A stretch of DNA of 63,169 nucleotides, filler included, from Reclinomonas americana ATCC 50394 (lineage: Eukaryota), in NCBI GenBank assembly GCA_048213135.1. It is 4 parts of 3 records of this genome, joined end to end, with 100 filler letters (N's around TTAATTAATTAA, not from the genome) between each part and the next. Parts side by side here need not be neighbours in the genome. Positions count along the whole stretch, not along the records: positions 1 to 26,845 come from PS015238.1; 3 more parts are not named here. One strand, given 5' to 3'. A program made the position numbers and the translations under genes. The notes beneath the pieces are model-generated. The model worked only from the letters and a program-made list of their open reading frames with translations, searched no databases and was not told where the DNA came from. Position 1 is the stretch's first letter. Every line of letters starts with the position of its first letter. Shown here piece by piece: positions 13,101 through 24,189 of this stretch.

Positions 13101-16100
13101 CAGATTGAGAAACAGAAAGAGAAAGAGAGACACATAGACACGTATACACACACACGCACCACCACCACAATTGTTACTTGCAGAGTTTCGCAGCATGGTG
13201 CAGCCCGTGATTGTCTGCGTGGGGAGCGCAAGTGAGCTTTTTTTGATTGCGTGTTAGACAGAAGGATCCCCCAACTCGCACCTGACTGCCAGTTCCGTAA
13301 AAGACCGCTGCCAATCCTCCGCCACCCGAGTTTCCACCGTTGTTCGCCGCCAAACTTTGCGCAGAAGCAGAGACTCCAGAGGCAACACCTGAGTGGAACT
13401 GGCGCATAAGGGCATCGACACAGCGCGCAGAGTGAAACGGAAGATTACTCACCGCCGTTTCCATTGTTGACAAAGAGGTTGTCCGTAAAAGTACAATTCG
13501 TGAGAGTCTGCCACGCATCATGAGCACGCAAGCAAAGCAAACACACAGTGTGTTCTCTCATTCAGGAAACGTACTTGAACATTGTTATTATAAAAGTAGG
13601 TGAAGAGACCACCGCCACCGAGATTGCTGCTGGAGCTGTCGGCATTGGCGATTCCGGCGGCAGACGCAGACCCTGGGCGATAGTGCGTACAAGCAATTGA
13701 GACTTCTCGTACACAGACTTGAGCTGCGCAGAGATCACGAACCCGCATTGCCAGTACCCGAGACCACATTGCTGGAGAAGACTGTGTTGTCGAGCGACTG
13801 CGCAAACACAGATAATGTGAGCGAGCCTCGAAAAGAGAGAGAGAGAGACTCGAAATCTCGTGCCTGGCTGCCGGCATTGTTGAAAAACACCCACATGCCA
13901 GCGCCGCCAATAAACGACCCACTGCTCCCGGCAGACGATGTCGAGGCAATATTCATGTCACCCGTGGCCGTGGCCGTCCCTGCGAGACTCGTCAGGACAC
14001 TAGACGACAATGCAAGTGCGACGCGTGTCGTCCCCTACCTCCGTTTCCACACGATGTTACAGCGTTGCTGGCAAATGTGCAGTTGCTGACCACCTGTTGT
14101 GCGCACAGTTGGTGGACCACTGCTGCTGCCTCGCGCGAAGAACGCCACTCACCTGTTGCCCAGTGTTGCCAATGAATGCCAGTGACACGCCGCCGCCACC
14201 ATGGTAGCCGCCACTGGAGATCGCCAAAGTGTGCGTGCCGCCGAGTGCCGAGCCTAAAGGTGGTGGGCGTTATGTCAGGTGAGGAAGACAGTGGTAATCA
14301 GAGCATGATGCGGGTACTGACCTGCATTTCCGGAGCTGTCGACCGTATTGTTGAAGAAGCGACACGATGACAGCGTCTGCAGGATGGCAAGCATGTGAGG
14401 GGCATAGAGGCGAGAGAGCGAGAGGACCAGCGCACGGTGCAGTACCTGCGAGCCATTGCCACCAATATTTACAAACACCGCGCCTCCACCGTTGGTGCCT
14501 CCAGAGCTGGAGGCAGAAACCTGACTGCCGGTGCCTGCACACACAGACAAGACACAGGGGGGGTGATTACTGACGATCATTTCTGCTTCGCATCCGAACT
14601 TGTCAACGTCGCAGTGTACAAACCCCCGTTGCCACTGAGGGACACACGATTCCTGATGAATGCAGAATTACTCAACACCTGCACGCACAAGAGCGGGGCA
14701 TTAGAACTGTGGAGAAAGAGGCAGGAGGATCGATACAAAGTGCACCTGCGCAGCGTTGGCATTGGAAACCAGCATAATCGCACCACCACCGCAATTGCCG
14801 CCCACACTGTTGGCCGTTCCAGTGGCACTCGCTGCGACGACGAGTGAGAAGAAGGCACATCGTCCGCGGAGACAGCAGACGCCACGGACGTACATCTTCC
14901 TGCGTTGCAATTGTTGAACGCCTGATTGCCGGTGAATGTGCCATTGACGACACTCTGCACCGCCGCCATGACAGTTGGACGCGCGCCAAAACAAACAAGT
15001 AAGCAACCACACACACCTGGCTCCCGTTGCCGTTGCTCAGCGTCAGAATAGCGCCACCACCACTGAACTGCGACTGGCTGTCGGAGGCGATGACCGTGGT
15101 GCTCGTCGACGCATCACCTGCATTTCCCCCGGGAAGACGTATTACTTCCCACAGTCTTCTTTGTGCGAGCTCAGAGAACACGTACCACCGTTGGAATTGC
15201 TGTAAGCTGCGTTGCCAGTGAATGTTGTACTCGTCACATTCTGCCACTGCGCAGCACGACACGGAGGTTGAGCGACATCCCGCGCGCGCACATATACAAA
15301 CACATATATACCTGAGCAAGCTGAGTGAGAGCGCTGGGAAAGAATGCAAGCACGGCACCGCCACCGGCACCTCCCGCAGTGGACATGCACGACGCGCCGT
15401 TGCTGTTGCCACCACGACCATTGGACAAGGCCATGTTGCCGGTAAAGTCGCTGCTGATAATCTGCGAGGTGGTGAGGGACAATGACGAAGACGACAAGCA
15501 CAAGCCTCACGGACCTCGTGCAACAGTGACGTGACGAGCGGAGCGGAGGCGAATGAGAGCCACAGAGCGCCACCGCCAGAGGCACTAATCGGCACCGGGA
15601 GCGCCAACTGCAGACCGACACTGGTCCCGCTTTGCGTGTTGCCGCTGCCGCCGCCAGCATTGTTGCTCGCCACGTTGGCCACAAACTCGCATCCCGTCAC
15701 CTGCAAGTACGATTTTGCAGTCAACGAATCGTGCAACGCGCTGCCACCGGTGGCCGCACACAGACACACCTTCAAGTTGACGACGCCGCCCACCCACACT
15801 CCACCTCCTCCGCATTGCGTACCAGAGTTCCCCGAGCCCTGCACGTTGCTGCCACCTCCGCAGCAGCTGTCCACACGATTTTGCGACACGGTTGTTTGTG
15901 AAATCTGCGAATCAACGACACATGAGCAGAAAGAGAAGCAGACGGAGAGGGTGATCATACTAAACAGTCACAGTCGGTGAGGAAAGCGCGGCTGCCATCT
16001 GAATCCACACCGCACCACCTCCACTCTGCTGCCCACCGCTGGCCTGCGTGCCGGTGATGCTGCATGGACCTGGCAGTACAGGACACTGCACGCCGTTGCT

Positions 16101-17457
16101 GCTCGACAACAGCGCGTTGCTGTCAAACGTGGAGCCTTGCAGGGAGACGGTGCTGGCCTGTTGGACGCACAGAGCGCCTCCACCGACCCCGTTACTCCCG
16201 TTGGGCGACTGCGAATCACCATTGCCACAGCCGCTGACAGTGTTGGAACTCCACAGGCTGCCGACATCCGACACGCTGACCGACAGCGCATCCGTCACAT
16301 ACACGGCGCCGCCACCGTTGGAGGGACCATACAGGTTGACGGCCGAGTTCCCCTGGAAGGTGCAGTTGGTGGCCGAGAACACAACACCGCCACCACCGCC
16401 CTGCACAAACACAGCGCCACCCCCCGCCCCGCCAGTGGCACCAGCGGCCGACCCCGCCGTCGGCCCATGCACCGCATTGTCTACAAATGTGCAGTTGCGC
16501 ATGGTCACCGACGCTCCTCCAAGCAGGCCAGCTCCCACACTCAACGCAGCACCGGATGCACCAGCGCTCTGCTTGATGCAGTCCGCAAACGTCGACGACT
16601 CCACCGACACCGTGGCAAAATGGCCGCTCACTGACACCGCCGACGAGGCGAGGCCGGCGGCCGATCCTCGGTGGTGCGCAAAGTTGCATCCGCTGATGGT
16701 GAGTGAGGCCGTGCCCGCCAACGCCGTGGCGTCGAGCGCCACTGCACCGCCGAGAGAGCTGGAGAAGGTGGCATCGACGATGCTCACTTGTGCCACGGAG
16801 CCGGGAGTGGGCACCGCCGACGTCCACGACACAACTGGCGACGCCGCCGAACCGCCGACCACAACAAGCCGATTGATGGTGAATGCAGACGAATCGTGCA
16901 CCGACACGAGAGCGGTGGTGGAGGCCGGCGAGACTTGCAGCACGGCGGCGGTGGCCACCGGCGGTGGCGTTGTCAGCGTCACATTGTGACCTGAGAAAGA
17001 GAGTGAGAGCGTGTTCTCACACACACACATGCATTGATGAATCGAGACAAGACGACGGCACCGGTGATGGAGAGCGAGGTGGTGCTCGCCAGCGTGTAGG
17101 TGCCCTCGGCAAAGAGCACCTCCAGTGCCCAGTCGAGCTGCACGAGATTGTAGTGACGATCTGTGCACGATGCAATAATGACCGATGCGTCACACGGTGA
17201 TGCGGCGCTGGAGCCGCATGGTGTGGTAGTGGAGCCGGTAGGCGACACATAGACTGGAGGGGGGGGGGGGACTGACGAGTGAGGGGTTGCGTGAAGCGGT
17301 GGACACTAAGATTATACAGAAGACCTTGGCAGAGAGGCGAGGGCGATGCCGCAGAGACGCTCAGAGGTATGCACAGAGACAGAGAGAGGAGAAGGAGGAG
17401 AAGGATGAGAGGAGGAATGTGGAGCGGTGGGTGTAATCGTGGTGGTGTTGTCGTCAT
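1173..17457 (-). CDS. Giant multi-exon surface protein: signal peptide, Pmp-like (GGA/FxxN) beta-helix repeats, Cys-rich region, multi-pass TM domain, His-rich tail
   Basis: Hydrophobic leader (LILLLLLLSLSLCIPLSVSA), then VYVSPTGS..CG..PC. Dozens of FxxNxA...GGG(A/G)(L/V/I) repeats follow. CxxCPxG/CPxxYC/CGAC motifs lie at ~2880-3380, several hydrophobic segments at ~1570-2860, and a His/Asp-rich tail ends in TAA at 1173. Introns are in consistent phases wherever checked. Confidence 0.85.
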
Positions 17458-18623
17458 TGCGCGAAGCCCATCTCTGTTCGGAAAGTGGATTTTTTCCGGC
17501 GGGAAATAAGTGTGCTGCCTTCTTGCCGAGATCGACTGCCTCCTTGTCTTGTGCCAGGTGAGGGCAGAGTCGGCACAGTTGACAACGCGATGTTGCTTGC
17601 ACAATTGTTGAATTCAATATCGATCGACGTCGACGTCCTTCGAATCGCTGCTCATCCTGCATCACCACTGTCTTGGTCATCTTGAACATCATGAACTTCT
17701 GCATCGCCGTGCTGTGCCGTTCAAGCCTTGTCTCGGCCCGGCGTCGACGTCGCGTTTTCAGCACAAATTCGCCACTGATGCGTGTCCGATATCGACGATC
17801 TCCTCGCTCCCCCTCTGCACTGCACTCCTCCGGCGCAACCAACACCCACACTCACACACACCCGCGGAGACTACGCCAGTGGTCCATTAATAGACGCACA
17901 CGCCACTTTCTGCATCACTCGACTTCAAATTGCACATAAATTTTGTCCGCTACGCCATCATTGGCCATCATNNNNNNNNNNNNNNNNNNNNNNNNNNNNN
18001 NNNNNNNNNNNNNNNNNNNNNNNNNNNNNNNNNNNNNNNNNNNNNNNNNNNNNNNNNNNNNNNNNNNNNNNNNNNNNNNNNNNNNNNNNNNNNNNNNNNN
18101 NNNNNNNNNNNNNNNNNNNNNNNNNNNNNNNNNNNNNNNNNNNNNNNNNNNNNNNNNNNNNNNNNNNNNNNNNNNNNNNNNNNNNNNNNNNNNNNNNNNN
18201 NNNNNNNNNNNNNNNNNNNNNNNNNNNNNNNNNNNNNNNNNNNNNNNNNNNNNNNNNNNNNNNNNNNNNNNNNNNNNNNNNNNNNNNNNNNNNNNNNNNN
18301 NNNNNNNNNNNNNNNNNNNNNNNNNNNNNNNNNNNNNNNNNNNNNNNNNNNNNNNNNNNNNNNNNNNNNNNNNNNNNNNNNNNNNNNNNNNNNNNNNNNN
18401 NNNNNNNNNNNNNNNNNNNNNNNNNNNNNNNNNGTGCGTGCGACACCGCACCGTCCTCGTTCCCCGCGATCGCCCATGAGATTGTATGTACCGTTGCCAT
18501 TGTGAATTTTCACGAATGCATGCGTTCATTTCAAATCGCTCTGCCCGCTCCCACAGCAACAGAACATATTAAAAACAACCAAAGGAGGGAGGGGGGAGAG
18601 GGAGGGTCCGGAACCGAAGAGGC

Positions 18624-20034
18624 TTAGGTCGACAGATCCGAGCACACGTACACCACATTGTTCTGCGCCGCAAAGCCGTTGAACGACGATGCCGACGCGC
18701 GGGTGTAGGCGCCCATCTCCTCGTACACAAGCCAGTCGCCGGGCGACACGTCCTCCGGCAGGAGGATGTTGTCGGCCACCACGTCGACCGAGTCGCAAGT
18801 CGGGCCAAAGATCTTCGAGTTCACCAGCGGCACCTTGCTCGTCTGCGCGAGGTACTGCGCCTGCGGGTCGGCGCGCAGCGGACGAGGCACTGGCTTCTGG
18901 TGGTCGTACATGATGCAGTTGAACGACTGGTACACGCCGTCGTCGACAAACAGCACGTTCTTGCCGTGCACCTTCTTGCGGCCCTGCACCGAGGTGACGA
19001 GGGTGTGCGAGGCGGAGCAGAAGTAACGGCCGGGCTCGGCAATGACGCGGACGCCGCTGCCGGCGGGGAAGTGCTCCTCAATGGCGCCAGCGAGGTTGTT
19101 CGAGATGTCCTCAAACAGGTTGCTCTGGGTGCCAGGGAAGCCACCGCCCACGTCGAGCAGGTTCATCGAGAAGCCGCGCACCGCGGCCATGTCGAACACG
19201 GCCTTGGCGTCGGTGATGGCGCGCGAGAAGGCCGTGGGGTCGGTGCAGAGGCTGCCGACGTGGAACGACACGCCAATCACGTTGAGGTTGAGCTCGCGGG
19301 CCGTGTCGAGCAGGCCGGGCACCATGTCGAGCGGCGCACCAAACTTGGCGCTGAGGTTGCACTTGGCCGACGCACCGTCGGTGGCGATGCGCAGCACCAG
19401 GTCGGCGCCAGTCGGGTACAGGCGCGCCGTCTTGTGCAGCTCGGCCTCCGAATCAAAAGTCATCATCGTGACACCGACGTTGCGGGCGTGGCGCAGGTGC
19501 GACGTCAGCTTGCACGGGTGAGCAAAGATGATGCGGTCGGGCGTCACGCCCTGACCGCAGTTCAGCACCATGTCGATCTCCTCCTGCGAGGCGCAATCGA
19601 ACGAGGCACCGAGGGCCGCCAAAGTGCGCACCACCAGCGGGTCCGGCAGCGACTTGACGGCATAAAAGGTCTCCACGTTGGGGAGACGCGTGTGCCACTG
19701 GCGATACTGGCGGATGACTGTGGCCAGGTCGCACACGTAAAAGGCGTCTTCGCGGGGTGCCGCAACGCCATTGGGCAAAACGTGATTGTCGATAAGTGAA
19801 CGCAGGAAGGCCTCGCTGTTGACGGCGGGCACCTCCGGGCCGAGCACACTCACTCCATGGGCCTCAAAGAGGGCGCGGAGAGAGGCCGGCAGCTGGTACA
19901 GGGCGCTGGGGGGCACAGGCTGGCCATGTGGCACATTGTGGGCGTTGAACGCCGACGACTGCAGCAGCGGTCCATCGACGACATTCGCGCGGCGGTGGTT
20001 CAAGTCGAAGAGGCGACTCTCAAAGTTGGAAGTG
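18624..20034 (-). CDS. ODC1: Ornithine decarboxylase (fold III PLP decarboxylase); 5' end lost in gap
   Basis: Motifs FYAVK (PLP lysine), FDCAS, GVSFHVGS, LLDVGGGFPG, EPGRY, GPTCD, MGAYT and SFNGF. One long exon, preceded by a polypyrimidine/CAG acceptor ending at 20035. Confidence 0.95.
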
Positions 20035-20131
20035 CTGTGGGAGGAAGGAAAAAAGTGAGCATCATGCAACAAACTCAAACGGTCACGCAGTGCAGCAGTG
20101 GGCGCGCGAGANNNNNNNNNNNNNNNNNNNN

Positions 20132-20719
20132 GCGTTCCGCATACAGCACAGGTGCGGAGCGTACGTGTGCCATGCATGTCCGATCGGCCGCACTTGTGTC
20201 TCAACACGCGCACATACAGAAACGCGCGAGGCGTTTGGTGGCTCCGGTGGCGTGATGAACGGAGTGGCCAGGCACGCCGACGATTTCGACCGCCGGTCGC
20301 GAGTCTCAGTCAGCAACAATGAGAATCCACCGTATCCGGGCAACACGTTGCGTTTGTCGCCTCGATGTTCTCGGCAAACGCAACATCGCTCACTGCCGAT
20401 CTACACACAGACTGAACGATCGCTTCACGACGGGCGGATTGGACGATGGCTACGGCCGCCGACCAGCCACTGCCGACCGCGGTATGAACACGATGCCCGA
20501 TCGTGATGCCGAAGAGCGCCAACCAGGTACGCAGAGGAGAGAACGTCGTCGGGTTTACAACATGCATGATGATGAATCAGCGCTCCTCGACACGCAGGCA
20601 GGGAAATAAGCAAGCTGGTGCGAGCCGACGATGTCCGTCGCGGTTCCGACTCGCCGTACGACAAGATGGGCGACTTCCGTCGGCCCAACATCCCCATCCT
20701 GTCGTATCAAGTTCAGTGA
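20132..20719 (+). CDS. 3' exons of an unknown protein; 5' part in or beyond the gap
   Basis: Three GT-AG introns (donors at 20161, 20347, 20527) splice in frame to ...EQTREAFGGSGG...NTLNDRF...QPGREISKLVR...PILSYQVQ*, with TGA at 20717-20719. Confidence 0.7.
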
Positions 20720-20924
20720 TGTGTGTGTGTGCCACCAATCGCTTTTTCCCCAGTGCTCACGCCACCCTGCACGCACGCAGACCGAATATGCATCACAGTA
20801 CCAACCGTATGCGCCGCAACGGACGCATCGGACCACTCGCTGAAGCAACAACGTTTGTCACCAATAAAAGAAACGAAGTCCGTGTCCCTGTCCCATCGCA
20901 GCGATTCATCTCGCCGAGCGCACA

Positions 20925-23167
20925 ATGAAGGCGCTAGTCACCCTTTACCAGTCCATATGTCAGCGAGAGAGAATAAGGGTGCGTGTGTATGTGTGTGCGT
21001 GAGGTGACTCTCCGTGTGAAAGAACTCACAGTGGTGATATGATCGCACAGCCGATCCGGCGAGTGGAGGCAGTGCTGGAAATGTACGATGGCGCACACCA
21101 GGCAGTGCTCGACTGCGACGATGAAGACGTGCAGGATGCCGTTGCGTGCACTTCCCTCACACAGTCGACGCCATTAGCAGTGATCACTCAATTGTGTGTT
21201 GATCAGGGGGCGATTGCACTGATCGAGGTTCTCACTGTGCAACGCCTTCGCGTGGAGCAACTCTCGCTGGCGCACAATCGACTCACCGATCGCACGGCGG
21301 CGATGCTGTCAAGTTATCTTGTGGCCAACGATCCTGTGCTGGTGCGACTGTCGCTGCGGCAGAACGAGATTGGGGTGGAGGGTGTGTCCAAGTTGGCGCG
21401 GGCCCTGCCCAAGATCACACGCCTGCGCGTACTCCATCTCGACAACAATCGTTTCGGCGCCGATGGCGCTGTGACGTTGGCGGTGGGGCTGGAGCGAAAT
21501 CGCTCACTACAGACTGTGACACTGCGCTCCAATGTCATGGGCGATCTCGGCATGCTGGCGTTTGTGGCTGTGATTGAGAACAATCGCACGCTGACAGAGC
21601 TTGACCTGTCGTACAACGCGGCGTCGGATGACGAGACCGTTTCGTCCATGGCCAAGGTACGTCGATGACGTAGGTGATGGTCATGCATTGCCGGCAGTTG
21701 CTGATCTGGCATATGGTACACAGGCACTGTCGGGCAATCACGTCATGTGTCGCCTGTTGCTGGCCGGCAATCGCTTCAGCCCGACGGTTTTGGATCCACT
21801 CGCACGGCAGCTGCGTCGCAACGAGGAACTGGCCATGTTCCAGCGCCAGGAGTCGATTGCCGAGCGACCGCAGCGGGGAGTGGGGCGTGCGCCAGGCGGC
21901 AGCGGCGGCAGCGGCGCTGGTCCCTCCAGAACAACCCCTTCATCTGCAGCCGCACGGAGCAATGGCAGAGGAGAGTTTGCGGAGGAATCTGCGGTCGACC
22001 TCAACCCGGCGTCACAGGGTGCTGGTGGCACCTTGGTCCGCAACGGCCGGGTGTTCGTTGTCAGCGGTCCACAGGATGCGCAGGGGCTCGGCAGTGATCA
22101 GGGCACCTCTGCCATGCTCGACGATGCGAGCGAGATCTCCACAGAAGCCGGGTCGTCACCCCGTGCTGCCGGCAGTGGTGCTGTTCTTGACAATGGCACC
22201 GTAGTTCTCAATCGGTATCGCGTAACCGGTCTCAGCGATGCTCACCGCGAGGAGGAGAGTGGCGGTCAGACGGTGCACCATGTTGACTATTTTGGCATCG
22301 ATCTGGACACCGACGAGCGAGTACTCATCCAAGTGTGCACCGACGCCAAGTATCTGGCTCGGTGCGTCGCAGGTCGTGATGCCGATCGACGTGTCACTGC
22401 TTGCTGATCTCCCACTATTGTACTTGCAGACTCATGCAATACTCTGAGGTTCTGTCGCCTGCTGGTGCCTTGCCGCCTCTCCTGCAAGGCGGTAAGCATG
22501 CGGGCGTGTTCGTGGCCATCAATCCTCGCCCGTTCGACACACTGGAGGAGTACATCAATCGGGTCAACTGCGTCGACGACCCGCTGGCATCAGTGACAGA
22601 CGATCTGATTGGCATTGTGCGCACACTGACGCAGCTGAAGTTGGTGTGCATCGACCTCACTCCTCTGTGCTTTCGGCGATATGCCGAGAGGTATTCTCTG
22701 TCGGGCATTGACAAACTGCGCAAGGTAAGAGGCAATGGGCGAGGCTTCAATTCATCTGCTGATCTGTTCCCCTTCTGCTCCAAGCTTGAGCATGCGCGTG
22801 ATGTTCCGCTTCACTCGTTTACCGTTTACACCGCGCCTGAACACCTGGTGCAAGTGGCCAGCAATCCGCTAACCAGACTTGTCACCTTCACGCCCGAGTC
22901 CATCATGTGGTCGCTCGGCATCGTCGTGTTGCACATGCACGTGCCAGACATATTCCAACAGTACCGTTCGTTGCAGACGTTCCTGGAGAGTCTCATCACC
23001 GGTACGTAGGCCTGCGACAGCCGCAGTGGCTGCCACCAGCGAGCTCACCGAAGTACACAGATGACTTCCGACCCGATCTCGATCACCTCGTGGAGGACTT
23101 GCGAGTTCGTGATTTTCTCCGCGCTGTTTTGCAACATCGGCCCGTCGACAGAACCCTACGGTGGTGA
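20925..23167 (+). CDS. Ribonuclease-inhibitor-type LRR protein with a C-terminal degenerate protein-kinase-like domain
   Basis: ATG at 20925 (MKALVTLYQSICQRERIR|PIRRV). LxxLxLxxN repeats with ~28-aa period at 21240-21790. Kinase-like motifs VLIQ, VCIDLTP, YTAPE, SIMWSLG and the terminal R of RPVDR. Six GT-AG introns. Confidence 0.8.
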
Positions 23168-23257
23168 TACTTTGCCGCTGCAAACGGCGACGTGTAAAAA
23201 ATTTGTATCAAGTCACCAACACCGACGTTACATCATTTTCTGCCATTTTCGAACACG

Positions 23258-23715
23258 ATGGAACGCAAAGCGGTGACAGCAGCCGTCAGTGTGCTGACCG
23301 TGTGCGGCAAGTTGCGACGCAGTGCCCTCTCGCGGCTCCACCACACAACATCACACGCATGTCTTTTTTTTTCACAGCTGTGTGATAGTTGTCTCTCTCA
23401 CACGCATGCGGATCCGGAATAACTCACACGTGCACACGCACACACATTCACATCCACAGGTTCGCTGCCGAGTTCAGTCGCGACGCGACGGTGGCTGATG
23501 TGATACGCATAGCGCGCGATGGTGTGTGTGTGTGTGTGTGTGCTTTCTCTCACACACGCGAGATGATGCATTGATGATGACGATGATGATGCTGATGACG
23601 CTGTTGGGTGGCAGTGTTCGAGACGCTCTCGGCTTGTGTGGCCATGGTCAATGGCGACAAGGCCAAGGACTCGACCAAGCTGAAGAAGCTCTTCAACAGT
23701 TACGCCACCACGCGT
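23258..23715 (+). CDS. Ubiquitin-like (beta-grasp) N-terminal module, probably the 5' end of the downstream A2M gene
   Basis: Spliced product MERKAVTAAVSVLTVCGKFAAEFSRDATVADVIRIARDVFETLSACVAMVNGDKAKDSTKLKKLF resembles the ubiquitin pattern (V+TxxGK...xxTVxDV...NG+..D.T.L). Linkage to the A2M crosses an N-gap. Confidence 0.5.
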
Positions 23716-24189
23716 GTGCCTTGTGTGGGTATTTTTGACAACGCATGCATGCATCTTGAATGGGTGTTTTTGTTCTCCTTCTTCGTTGCCTCTGTCTCTG
23801 CCACCTCCCCCTCCTCTGTCTCGTGATATCCTGTTTTTTGCATTGCGTTGCTGATGATGATGNNNNNNNNNNNNNNNNNNNNNNNNNNNNNNNNNNNNNN
23901 NNNNNNNNNNNNNNNNNNNNNNNNNNNNNNNNNNNNNNNNNNNNNNNNNNNNNNNNNNNNNNNNNNNNNNNNNNNNNNNNNNNNNNNNNNNNNNNNNNNN
24001 NNNNNNNNNNNNNNNNNNNNNNNNNNNNNNNNNNNNNNNNNNNNNNNNNNNNNNNNNNNNNNNNNNNNNNNNNNNNNNNNNNNNNNNNNNNNNNNNNNNN
24101 NNNNNNNNNNNNNNNNNNNNNNNNNNNNNNNNNNNNNNNNNNNNNNNNNNNNNNNNNNNNNNNNNNNNNNNNNNNNNNNNNTTTCCCAG

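Noticed and set aside
17600-17970. Short ORFs between the surface-protein gene and the gap
   Set aside because: No recognisable motifs or consistent splice model, so a call cannot be supported.
18900-19799. Long antisense ORFs over ODC, also over GT31 (56890-57843) and the beta-helix exon (16048-16989)
   Set aside because: These are the expected shadows of GC3-biased coding sequence and show no independent motifs.
20083-20346. Minus-strand ORF upstream of ODC containing PGYG...EPP, reminiscent of the polyamine-responsive uORFs of ODC/AZIN1 mRNAs
   Set aside because: It is antisense to a plus-strand gene with three phase-consistent introns and is separated from ODC by an assembly gap.
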